A stretch of DNA of 53,768 bases from Dehalococcoidia bacterium (lineage in GTDB: Bacteria > Chloroflexota > Dehalococcoidia > Dehalococcoidales > UBA1222), in assembly GCA_009779255.1 (NCBI GenBank), contig WREQ01000004.1:1-53768 (forward strand), written 5' to 3'. The position numbers and the translations under genes were made by a program. The notes under the pieces are model-generated. The model was not told the origin of the DNA and ran no database searches. It worked only from the letters and a program-made list of their open reading frames with translations. Below, piece after piece: positions 20,644 through 29,361 of this stretch. Positions within the stretch are counted from its first letter, which is position 1, and the number at the start of each line of letters is the position of its first letter.

Positions 20644-21173
20644 TGCACCATACGCTCAAGCTCTACAGCCGCAACCGCCCGTTGGTGCTGCGCGCCTATA
20701 TCTTCTTCGGCAAATGGACGCGCATACCGCTAATCGGGCGCGTCGTCAAATGGTTTGGCAACAAGTGGGGTGGGAACATGACCTCCGCCTACGCGCTGAC
20801 ACTGGAGGAGGCGGGCGCCATCGTGGACGCCGCGCATGGGCTGGCGCTGGGACCATGCACCTGCCGCGAAACCTTCCATAACTGCGACGCGCCGCTGTCC
20901 GCAGAACTACTGCTGGCAATAGACCACGAATTCGCCGCCAAACGCGGCAAAGAGTTCCGCGAGGTGAACAGGGACGAGGCTAAAAAAATCCTGCAAGACT
21001 GCCACGAGCGCGGGCTGATTCACGCCGTCATCAAATGCCGAGGTGATTTTTACGCCATTTGTAACTGCTGCCGCTGCTGCTGCGTGCCGCTGAGGCTGAA
21101 AAACGACTACGGCATCGGCAAGGCGCTGATGCGTGACAAAGGGATAGTGGAGCGGTTCAGACAGAGCGCCTGA
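20643..21173 (+). CDS. Cys-rich, probable Fe-S protein
   Basis: GPCTCR...C and ICNCCRCCC motifs; EAKKILQDCHERGLIH. TGATG overlap with the tubulin-like gene. Confidence 0.7.
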   Translation: MHHTLKLYSRNRPLVLRAYIFFGKWTRIPLIGRVVKWFGNKWGGNMTSAYALTLEEAGAIVDAAHGLALGPCTCRETFHNCDAPLSAELLLAIDHEFAAKRGKEFREVNRDEAKKILQDCHERGLIHAVIKCRGDFYAICNCCRCCCVPLRLKNDYGIGKALMRDKGIVERFRQSA

Positions 21174-21240
21174 CCAGATAAGAACACCGCGCCGCCACCA
21201 GCCGATGCATGAAAGAAGTCGGTCGTGCTTTGCCGACAGT

Positions 21241-21351
21241 AAGCTAAAGCCCACTCTACAACCGGAGTTTCAAGACTACGTCCTCCAGCAAATTGACCGT
21301 CTGTTGGAAATTCAGGCAAAAAGCCTTTCTAAAGAAAGCGAAGTGAGGTAG
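21241..21351 (+). pseudogene. Possible 3' remnant of an XRE-type repressor gene
   Basis: Start-less open frame LQPEFQDYVLQQIDRLLEIQ...*, resembling C-terminal tails of XRE regulators. From recollection, unverified. Confidence 0.3.
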
Positions 21352-21363
21352 GTAAAATAACGC

Positions 21364-21413
21364 TTGATACTACGTGGTATTACGTGGCACTACGTGGTAT
21401 TACGTGGTATAAT
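21364..21413 (+). promoter_or_regulatory. hicAB promoter/operator with four tandem 10-bp repeats
   Basis: TTGATA-C-(TACGTGGTAT)(TACGTGGCAC)(TACGTGGTAT)(TACGTGG)-TATAAT. Confidence 0.75.
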
Positions 21414-21432
21414 GGGTTAAGGAAGTGGGGCA

Positions 21433-21615
21433 ATGACAGCAAAGGAACTAAAACGGAGGCTAATCGCCGAAGGCTGGAAAATCACACAGGGCGGTAGACA
21501 TGAACAAGCAACACATCACGACAAGCCCGGCCTTAAAATTTCAATTCCCCGACACACAGGCGACATCCCCACCGGAACCCTTAGCAAAATCCTTAAGGAC
21601 ACGGGGTTAAAGTAA
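21433..21615 (+). CDS. hicA: HicA-family toxin
   Basis: 60 aa: ELKRRLIAEGW, GGRH, IPRHTGDIPTGTLSKILKDTGL. Confidence 0.92.
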   Translation: MTAKELKRRLIAEGWKITQGGRHEQATHHDKPGLKISIPRHTGDIPTGTLSKILKDTGLK

Positions 21616-21637
21616 GCCAGATTGACGGAGGTTGATC

Positions 21638-22024
21638 ATGAAATATGTTTATCCAGTCATACTGTACCCAGATGATGACAAAATAGGTGTCACCGTACCT
21701 GACCTTCCCGGCTGTCACACTTACGGAGATGACAAAGCTGATGCGTTGTTGGCGGCAAAGGACGCGATTGAAATGTGGCTTTGGAGCGCGGAAAACCAAG
21801 ATGAGGATATACCACGAGCATCAGAATCACTCGATATTCATGACGGGCAAACTCTAACGCTGGTAGCCGCCGATACAGATGAGTGGAGACGGGCGCACGA
21901 TACCCGCTCTGTCAAGAAGACATTATCTGTTCCATCCTGGCTGAACGCGCAAGCAGAAAAAGCAAACGCACCTTTTTCCCAGATTTTACAAGAAGGATTA
22001 AAGGAGTATCTTCGCGTTTCTTAA
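21638..22024 (+). CDS. hicB: HicB-family antitoxin
   Basis: YVYPVIL, VTVPDLPGCHTYGD, IPRAS, C-terminal RHH VKKTLSVPSWLN...FSQILQEGL. GGAGG SD. Confidence 0.93.
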   Translation: MKYVYPVILYPDDDKIGVTVPDLPGCHTYGDDKADALLAAKDAIEMWLWSAENQDEDIPRASESLDIHDGQTLTLVAADTDEWRRAHDTRSVKKTLSVPSWLNAQAEKANAPFSQILQEGLKEYLRVS

Positions 22025-22067
22025 TAAATTGTCCATTTTGCCGACGTCGGCAAAATGGACAATTTAT
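22024..22067. repeat. 44-bp perfect loop-less palindrome
   Basis: ATAAATTGTCCATTTTGCCGAC|GTCGGCAAAATGGACAATTTAT; the 22-bp arms are exact reverse complements. Confidence 0.95.
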
Positions 22068-23200
22068 GCGTGGTCCCATAAAAAAGCTCTATAAGTCCAG
22101 TTATACTATCGTTGCTGGGTCGCGATCCAGTGACCGGTAAGTATAAACAGCATTGGGAAAACGTCAAAGGCACTAAGGCAGACGCAGAACGCCGGCTTGC
22201 AGAGCTGCAGAACGATATTTTCAAGGGCATATATGTCAAGCCGCATAAAATCACTGTGGCTGAATATTTAATTGATTGGCTAGAGAATACCGCCAGTATG
22301 CAAATCTCCCCGACAACCTACAAGGGCTATAAATACATCATAGACAGACACCTTATACCCGGCATCGGCAAGATATACTTGTCTAACCTCAACGGTATCG
22401 CCATCCAAAAATATTATGCCCAAAAGCTCAAGGCGCCGCGGATGGACGGCAATGGCACACTTTCGGCGCGCAGCGTCCGGAGTCACCATCGAGTGCTTCA
22501 CCGTGCGCTGAAGTCGGCCATAACTAAGGGACTACTAGCGCATAACGCCGCCGACAACACCGAGCCGCCGATGCCGGTAAACAAAGAGATCCATCCAATG
22601 ACCGAAGAGCAGCTGGCGCACTTTCTCCAGCAGCTGCGGGGATCGCCATACTATGAGATGTTTTACTTGTGCTTGTTTACGGCGTTACGCCGGTCCGAGC
22701 TGCTAGCGTTGCGCTGGGAAGATATCGACTTGCAGGCCGGTCAGATGGCCGTTAGCCGCGCCATGCATTACATCAATCGAGAATACATTTTCCGAGAGCC
22801 TAAAACCGCACAAAGCAAGGCTACCATATCGCTAACACCCTCCACGATAACCTTGATGGATGACTACAAGCAACGCCGGTCCGCGGAAGGGATACTGCTC
22901 GGTGTTGAATTGCAAGAATCCGATCTGGTATTTTGCCACATCGACGGATCCCCTTTGCAGCCAAACACCATAACAAAATACTGGCAACGCTTTGTTGTGC
23001 GCATTGGCATGCCGAATATCCGCTTACACGATGCACGGCACACACACGCAACACTGCTGATAAAAAACGGCGTAAATAGCAAGCTGGTACAAGAGCACTT
23101 GCGGCATTCGCGCATTGAGACAACTTTAGGGATATACACCCACGTTACACCAGGAATGCACGATAAGGCCGCCGCTCAATTTGACAGATTCGCCCCGTAG
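22066..23200 (+). pseudogene. Tyrosine integrase (phage/ICE type) with a probable 5' frameshift
   Basis: Catalytic motifs LRRSELLAL, PKT, HDARH, LRHS and IYTH. ATG 22066 reads MRGPIKKLYKSSYTIV, out of frame with LGRDPVTGKYKQ (frame from 22112). Points toward the tRNA-Ser 3' end. Confidence 0.85.
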
Positions 23201-23303
23201 GCGTGGTGGAAAATCCATTAGCGATTTATTAGCGGTTTTTGTTATTGTAAAGCAAATAACCAAACTGTAAAGTAATAAAAACCTGAATTTTAGCTTTAAA
23301 ATC

Positions 23304-23391
23304 TGGCGGAGGGGGTGGGATTCGAACCCACGGTACCCGAAGATACAACGGTTTTCAAGACCGTCTCCATAGGCCGCTCGGACACCCCTCC
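23304..23391 (-). tRNA. tRNA-Ser (TGA)
   Basis: Reverse complement GGAGGGGTGTCCGAGCGGCCTATGGAGACGGTCTTGAAAACCGTTGTATCTTCGGGTACCGTGGGTTCGAATCCCACCCCCTCCGCCA; long variable arm, CCA encoded. Confidence 0.96.
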
Positions 23392-23456
23392 GCATGACAC
23401 GGCAAAAGCTATTATACAGGAAGAGCGCCAGTGTGTGAAAACGACGTGGAGATGGT

Positions 23457-23870
23457 TCAGGTTACGATTTGGCTAAGGTAGAAAATCACGGCACCGCTCA
23501 ATCCGCCGATGAGTCCGCCTCCGGCAATGTCCGACAGCGCCGCCGGCCACGACCATTCGCGTCCGAAGACAAGGCCACGCAGGGCGCAGGCGCCGTAAAC
23601 CAGCAGCCCAAAGAATATGCCGGTACCCGCGGCATATCCCATCGAGTCGGGGCCGCGGTCGTATGCCGGCGCAATCACAAAAATCATCAGGCCAGCGGCA
23701 TATACCGTGTGAAACACCAGAATAAACGCTGATGTGGTTCTGATATCCACCGGGGTTTCATCCGGCGGCGCACATAGGCGGCGCGACACCGCGCCAGTCC
23801 AGAAGAAATCCAGCATAGCGGCCAACGCCATGCTTATCAGGTACAACAGAAAGATCTGCGCAAAACTCAT
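23457..23870 (-). CDS. Membrane protein, DUF2177-like
   Basis: Four hydrophobic helices: LDFFWTG, VYAAGLMIFVIAPA, GIFFGLLVYG, WSWPAALSDIAGG. Start set at ATG 23870. Confidence 0.65.
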   Translation of the reverse strand: MSFAQIFLLYLISMALAAMLDFFWTGAVSRRLCAPPDETPVDIRTTSAFILVFHTVYAAGLMIFVIAPAYDRGPDSMGYAAGTGIFFGLLVYGACALRGLVFGREWSWPAALSDIAGGGLIGGLSGAVIFYLSQIVT

Positions 23871-23886
23871 GAACAATGCCTCGCTT

Positions 23887-24441
23887 TTATTCCGGTGTAT
23901 CCCGAGAAATAGTGCTGAAAGTAGCATCGTTGATGTTAATGCGGAATTCACGATCAATATGCCGTTGAACCCAGCGGTACTTTCCGCTAGCTGAAATATT
24001 GCCGCGGATGATAATTTCCACCGGACTTTGGTCTATCAGGTCGTTCATGATGTCCCAGCCAATGGTGATGTTACCCTCGAAAATGGCATAGCCGATGGGA
24101 ACATCCTTGCTCCACTGGCCATCCTGCGACATGTTGAAGGAATAGCCGTCAATATCAATTGAAATGTCAGAAACCGTCACACCAACTGTCTCAGGGTAGA
24201 TGTTATAGACCTGGATGGTGATATGGAAAATGTTAGCGGGAGGGTCATTAATGGTGCCGCTCTGGACAAACCCTTCGTTATACGGGAGGATGACGATTTG
24301 GGTAATGGTATTGAGTGTGCTTTCAAGGCGGCTGCGAGCGTCCAGATACAACCATCCGAAGACTCCCGACACCAGCATGATGATAATGGCGATGAATACC
24401 CCCAGCCAGTTTGAGATAAAGGTGATAATTCTTTTTTTCAA
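23887..24441 (-). CDS. Hypothetical membrane-anchored protein
   Basis: N-terminal TM helix followed by a beta-rich domain. GGAGG precedes the TTG start; directly downstream of serS. Confidence 0.7.
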   Translation of the reverse strand: MKKRIITFISNWLGVFIAIIIMLVSGVFGWLYLDARSRLESTLNTITQIVILPYNEGFVQSGTINDPPANIFHITIQVYNIYPETVGVTVSDISIDIDGYSFNMSQDGQWSKDVPIGYAIFEGNITIGWDIMNDLIDQSPVEIIIRGNISASGKYRWVQRHIDREFRININDATFSTISRDTPE

Positions 24442-24456
24442 GGCTGACCTCCGCTA

Positions 24457-25698
24457 TCAGGAGATTATGTCCGTATACATGAAATCCTGCAGGGCGACTG
24501 GCACACGAATTGAGCCGTCAGCCTGCTGGTAATTCTCCATTATGGCAATCATGATGCGTGGAAGGGCCAGCCCTGAGCCGTTGAGCGTATGCACATACTC
24601 CGGCTTGGCGTCAGGGGTTGGGCGGTACCTGACACCGGCTCTTCTGGCCTGAAAATCGCCGCAATTCGAACAGGAGGACACCTCCAACCACTCCCGGCAT
24701 CCGGGCGCCCATACTTCTATATCGTAGGTCTTGGTGGAAGAGAACGAGATATCCGCCGTACACAGCAACTTGACACGGTAATTCAGTTCCAACTTCTGGC
24801 AAACACGTTCAATGTCTGACAGCATCATCCGGTGTTCTTTATCCGATTCCTCAGGCCGGGCGAACTTGTAAAGCTCGACCTTGTCGAACTGGTGGCCGCG
24901 TTTGATCCCGCGTGTGTCCTTGCCCGCCGACATTTTCTCGCGACGGAAGCAGGCAGTGTAGGCGGCGTATCTTATCGGCAACACCGATGCCTCCAGTATT
25001 TCACCAGCATGTAGGCTGGTAAGCGGCACTTCGGCCGTGGGCACGAACCACATATCGTCGGTATCGTCGTGATACAGGTTGTCAGCGAATTTGGGCAGGT
25101 TGCCGGAAGCAATCATCACCTCGCGCCTGACCATCCACGGAGGATAAATCTCGCGATAGCCGCCCTCACGGGTGTGCGAGTCAAGCATCATGTTAATCAC
25201 GGCGCGTTCCAGCCGGGCACCGAGTCCCTTGAGAATGTAGAAGCGCGTGCCAGACAGCTTTACACCGCGGTCAAAGTCAATTATGTCAAGTTTTTCACCC
25301 AGCTCCCAGTGTGGTAGCGGTGTAAAATCAAGTTTGCGCTCCTCGCCCCAGCAGCGCTCCACAATATTGTCGTCTTCGCTCCTGCCGACGGGGACGGATG
25401 GTTGGGGAATGTTGGGCAGCTGCAGAAGCAACTCCTCCAATCTGGCGTCAATCTCGCGCAGTCTGTCCTCTACAGCCTTAATGCGGTCACGCAGTTCACG
25501 CCCACCTTCTGAAGCCTCGCCGCGGCTGGATTTGGCGGCTTCCTTTTTGGCACGGCGCAGTTCATCCTGTTCAGCAATCTTTTGGCGGCGCTCAATATCC
25601 AATGCCAGAATTTCATCAAGCGGCGTCCCATCACTACGGTTGAGCAACGCCTGACGCACCATATCGGTGTTTTCGCGAATGAATTTTATATCAAGCAT
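24457..25698 (-). CDS. serS: Serine--tRNA ligase
   Basis: MLDIKFIREN, PTAEVP, CFRRE, RGHQFDKVE, EVSSCSNC.DFQARR, HTLNGSGLA. Confidence 0.98.
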   Translation of the reverse strand: MLDIKFIRENTDMVRQALLNRSDGTPLDEILALDIERRQKIAEQDELRRAKKEAAKSSRGEASEGGRELRDRIKAVEDRLREIDARLEELLLQLPNIPQPSVPVGRSEDDNIVERCWGEERKLDFTPLPHWELGEKLDIIDFDRGVKLSGTRFYILKGLGARLERAVINMMLDSHTREGGYREIYPPWMVRREVMIASGNLPKFADNLYHDDTDDMWFVPTAEVPLTSLHAGEILEASVLPIRYAAYTACFRREKMSAGKDTRGIKRGHQFDKVELYKFARPEESDKEHRMMLSDIERVCQKLELNYRVKLLCTADISFSSTKTYDIEVWAPGCREWLEVSSCSNCGDFQARRAGVRYRPTPDAKPEYVHTLNGSGLALPRIMIAIMENYQQADGSIRVPVALQDFMYTDIIS

Positions 25699-25713
25699 GG
25701 TCTTTTTCTCTTG

Positions 25714-27201
25714 CTACTCTTTCTCCTTGAGCGCCGGGAAAAGGATAACCTCGCGTATGGACTGCTGGTTGGTCACCAGCATTACGATGCGGTCAATGCC
25801 GATGCCGAGTCCGCCGGTGGGCGGCATGCCGTACTCCAGCGCGGTAATGAAGTCCTCGTCCATTACCTCGGTCTCCTCGGTACGCACGATACAAACATCC
25901 GCCTTGCTCTGAAGCTGGCCTGCGAAACGCCGTTCCTGCTCCACAGGATCGTTGAGTTCGCTGAAGGCATTGGCAATTTCAGTGCAACCGGCGTAAACCT
26001 CGAAGCGTTCCACAGTGCGGGCGTCTCCCGGCTTGTTTTTGGCCAGCGGCGACATGTCAATGGGATAGTTGACCAGAAATGTCGGGTTTTTAAGCGTCGG
26101 CTCAACAAACTCCGAGAGCAGATGATCAATAAGCCGTCCGCGGTCACGGGACGGGTCAAAGACCATATCGCGTCTTTTCATCTCCGCCGCCAGAGAAGCG
26201 GTATCGGAATAGTCTTCGTAATCTATGCCGCAACCATCTTTCACCGCCTGACGCAGGTCAAGCCGCCGCCATGGCGGGGTAAAGTCGAGGGTATCCTCGC
26301 CGTATGGGATTATGTAATCTCCGGCCACCTCTTTAACGATACCGGAAACCATCTCTTCCACCAGATTCATAACGTCGTTGTAATCGGCATAGGCCTGATA
26401 GCATTCCATCAGAGTGAACTCCGGGTTATGGCTGGTGTCGATGCCTTCGTTACGGAAAACACGGCCAATTTCGTAAACGCGGTCGAAGCCGCCGACCAGC
26501 AGTCGCTTGAGATGCAGCTCCAACGCGATGCGCAGATAGAAGTTGCAGTCCAGCGCGTTGTGATGCGTGATGAACGGCCGCGCCAGCGCCCCTCCAGCGG
26601 ATGGTTGTAAAATCGGTGTTTCCACTTCCAGAAATCCATGCCCGTCAAGGTAGCGGCGCATGGATGAAATCACCAAGCTGCGTTTGCGAAAAATGTCTTT
26701 AACTCCGGGATTGGAAATCAAATCAACGTAGCGCTGGCGGTAGCGCAATTCGGTATCCTGTAGCCCATGCCATTTCTCAGGCAGCGGCTGGAGGCTTTTT
26801 GAAAGCATGACCAGCTCTTTTACATCTACGCTGGGTTCGCCGGTGCGTGTACGAATCAACATCCCAGTGGCGCCGACGAAGTCGCCTATGTCAAAGTCCT
26901 TGAGCAGTTGCAATGGCTCCGGCTGAAGCTTGACCTTGTTGATGAAAAGCTGTATCCGGCCAGCACCGTCGGTCAGGTTGATGAAGGCTAGCTTGCCGAT
27001 GTCGCGCAGGGCAGTGATACGCCCGGTGACGGAGGCCTCCGCGGGGGCAGCCCCCTCTTTTTCCTGTTTTTCCAGTGCGGCTACGGCCTGGGCGCTGGTA
27101 TGCGTGCGCACGCAACGCGGCGGGTAAGGGTCAATGCCACGCTCACGCATGTTTTTGAGTTTATCCAGCCGTTGCTGGCCGATACGATCTATAAGCGACA
27201 T
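25714..27201 (-). CDS. lysS: Lysine--tRNA ligase (class II)
   Basis: PLPEKWHGL, RYRQRYVDL, YLRIALELHLKRL, FRNEG, HNPEFT, YGMPPTGGLGIGIDR. Confidence 0.98.
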   Translation of the reverse strand: MSLIDRIGQQRLDKLKNMRERGIDPYPPRCVRTHTSAQAVAALEKQEKEGAAPAEASVTGRITALRDIGKLAFINLTDGAGRIQLFINKVKLQPEPLQLLKDFDIGDFVGATGMLIRTRTGEPSVDVKELVMLSKSLQPLPEKWHGLQDTELRYRQRYVDLISNPGVKDIFRKRSLVISSMRRYLDGHGFLEVETPILQPSAGGALARPFITHHNALDCNFYLRIALELHLKRLLVGGFDRVYEIGRVFRNEGIDTSHNPEFTLMECYQAYADYNDVMNLVEEMVSGIVKEVAGDYIIPYGEDTLDFTPPWRRLDLRQAVKDGCGIDYEDYSDTASLAAEMKRRDMVFDPSRDRGRLIDHLLSEFVEPTLKNPTFLVNYPIDMSPLAKNKPGDARTVERFEVYAGCTEIANAFSELNDPVEQERRFAGQLQSKADVCIVRTEETEVMDEDFITALEYGMPPTGGLGIGIDRIVMLVTNQQSIREVILFPALKEKE

Positions 27202-27425
27202 CTGTTCAATCCTGAAAGGCTCTCCATTTGGAGCTATTATATTTTATCCCGGCTGGTATAGCAAAGAGGGAGAGGAACAGACGTCAGTTATCAGTGCCGT
27301 CCCGCTTTTGAAAATATTTAACGAGGAGGGCAGACCTTCCTCCCGAATAGCTTTGGTTTTACTTTCAGGAGAACGCTCAATTCTTCAGAGAGTTGGACAG
27401 CAAGATAAATAGAGTGTTGAAGATT

Positions 27426-27710
27426 TTACATTGGATTCTGCGTAGGAGGAAAGGATTGATATTCCTCCGTGTTCGTATAGCAATCAGATAGCACTCTATG
27501 AAATGCCCACAGGTTTGGATATGCGTACACAGAGTGGTTGAAAGTAATGGCATGTATCTCGCCGTTTAAGCGGAATGTGATTCTATAATCCACCCGTGGA
27601 GATCTACAGGCCCTTCTGTCAACGTATCACCAAGCCCGCTAAGTGACTTTATATCATGCTCAACGAGGGCATCGTAGATGAGCTTTAAATCATCATCAGG
27701 TATAACATAC
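27426..27710 (-). pseudogene. 3' half of a family A lipoprotein paralogue, frameshifted
   Basis: 27366-27710 aligns with 13925-14273. There is a 1-bp deletion after TLTEGP and a 3-bp deletion; the sequence ends EEYQSFPPTQNPM*. Confidence 0.85.
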
Positions 27711-27802
27711 TTTTTCCAAACTGGCATATTCGTTATTGATTTGGATAATGACAATGGCTTTAAATTTTTGTCCATCATCGAGGCGAAAATATTCACCTGG
27801 AC

Positions 27803-28659
27803 TAGATAGTGTGGACATGATATTAAGCCAATATCTTCAGCCACAGCGCAATGCACCTAATTTGCACAGCGGCAATGAACGAAGTTGTATTCTTGGCATA
27901 TCGTGTAGCAATACCCCTCCAACGTTTGAGCATAAGGAATGCATTCTCGACCAAATGGCGCAGCTTGTATAAGTCTTTGTCATACTCTCTTTGCTCTACA
28001 CGGTTTCTTTTGGGCGGAATCACGATTTCCATTCCCATTGACTTTGCAAGTTGAATCAACTTATTTACGTCATAACCTTTATCTGCCAAGAAAGTCACGG
28101 CCTTTATCCCCATGATTAGTCTTTCGCCATACTCGCAATCCGCAACGGTACCTGCTGTAACAAATATTCTGACCGGCATACCATGCGCATCCACGGCCAA
28201 ATGTACCTTGGAGTTGAGCCCCCTTTTGTACGTTCCATATCCTGATTACCGCCGACTGCTCCTGCGGCATGAGGATGAACCTTGATATGCGATGCATCTG
28301 TCATAAGCCATTCATAATCAGGGTCGTCTATCAGTAGTTCAAACAACTTTTCCCAGATATTTTCTTTTACCCATCGCCTAAAGCGCTTTGCTACACTGTT
28401 CCAATTGCCGTATGACGGCGGTAAATCACGCCACGGGGCTCCGGTACGCAGTATCCAAAAGACCGCGTTTACAAATGCCCGGTTATCCTTTGCAACTCTT
28501 CCCCATTGGCCTACCCGGCCCGGTAGATGCGGCGCTATCAGCTCCCAGGCTTTGTCGGAAATATCATGCCGGTGTTGTGCACACTCCATATTTCTAACTC
28601 CTACAATCTGTTATGCTACAGAGTATAGTGTTATTTCTATCTCTTGTCCACACTATCTA
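27803..28659 (-). mobile_element. Complete IS5-family (IS427-like) insertion sequence, about 0.85 kb
   Basis: Perfect 13-bp inverted repeats GATAGTGTGGACA (27805-27817) and TGTCCACACTATC (28645-28657), each flanked by TA (probable target duplication). Two overlapping transposase ORFs. Confidence 0.93.
27823..28589 (-). CDS. IS5-family transposase (orfA/orfB joined by a probable -1 frameshift)
   Basis: orfA: WILRTGAPWRDLP, FRRW, DASHIKVH. Slippery AAAAGGGGG at 28227-28219. orfB: KVHLAVDAHGMP, LADKGYD, RHLVENAF. Confidence 0.9.
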
Positions 28660-28712
28660 ACACTACAACCGGTATAAACTATGGGGCTGGTCATCTTTAA
28701 AAAACCCACGTC

Positions 28713-29354
28713 CTAATAAGGTATCCAAGCATCAGGGAAGGCTTTGTATTCATCAGTGTCATAAACGTATACTCGAGCAAACTTTGAGTAAAATATCGTC
28801 AAATGGTGATATTTCTCGGGAAGCGCAAAAGGGGGATTAAAGTGGCTCATGCTAAGCACTGACGCATCGCAAAAAACCGAGTATATCTCACCGTTCAAAC
28901 AGAAAGTTATTCTGTGATACCTGTTTGGAGTAACTGTTACACCATCTTCCCGGGCTATCAATTCAGGGCTACTATATGACTTAATGTCATACTGAATGAT
29001 TAAATCATAAATTTCCTGCAATTTATCTTTCGGTACAGTGTAATCTATGGAGTAATGCCCATCATAATAGGTATTTTTACCTATTATATTGTTTTTAGTG
29101 TCTAATTCTGGCTTCAATTTGCCTAGACTATACCCAAACTCATAAATGATATAGAACCCATCTAGGAAATCTTCCGACATGGCTAAATCATCTTCACCAG
29201 TTTCTTTGTTAGTAGGTACGGCACCCTCGGCACCACGTGCAGTGTCAGTATCAATTGGCGCATTAGATAACACACAGCCAAGTGGCAAGGTAAAAAGCAT
29301 TAAGCCGATTATGAGTAAAAGTATTATCTTCAACGTAAGCAATCCCCATAACAT
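28713..29354 (-). CDS. Putative lipoprotein, family A copy 3
   Basis: Lipobox-like LPLGC; FYIIYE, LDTKNNIIGK, IYDLIIQYDIKS, RITFCLNGE, DEYKAFP. Confidence 0.8.
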   Translation of the reverse strand: MLWGLLTLKIILLLIIGLMLFTLPLGCVLSNAPIDTDTARGAEGAVPTNKETGEDDLAMSEDFLDGFYIIYEFGYSLGKLKPELDTKNNIIGKNTYYDGHYSIDYTVPKDKLQEIYDLIIQYDIKSYSSPELIAREDGVTVTPNRYHRITFCLNGEIYSVFCDASVLSMSHFNPPFALPEKYHHLTIFYSKFARVYVYDTDEYKAFPDAWIPY

Positions 29355-29361
29355 CTTACGG

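Noticed and set aside
21257-21276. Second att site: TACAACCGGAGTTTCAAGAC resembles the tRNA-Ser anticodon region
   Set aside because: The match needs gaps, the expected duplicate of the tRNA 3' half is absent, and the stretch reads better as a coding remnant.
21370-21410. CRISPR array or iterons
   Set aside because: The units are contiguous 10-mers with no spacers, and there is no cas or rep gene. Their position between -35 and -10 fits an operator.
25582-26610. Long antisense or alternate-frame ORFs (e.g. 25582-26610, 37753-38892, 1008-1862, 35719-36549)
   Set aside because: They shadow well-supported genes on the opposite strand in GC-rich DNA and show no protein motifs.
13925-27710. Diversity-generating retroelement (TR/VR pair) for the duplicated lipoprotein 3' ends, and likewise for the family B pair
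   Set aside because: Mismatches involve all four bases and include indels rather than being adenine-specific, and no reverse transcriptase is in the window.
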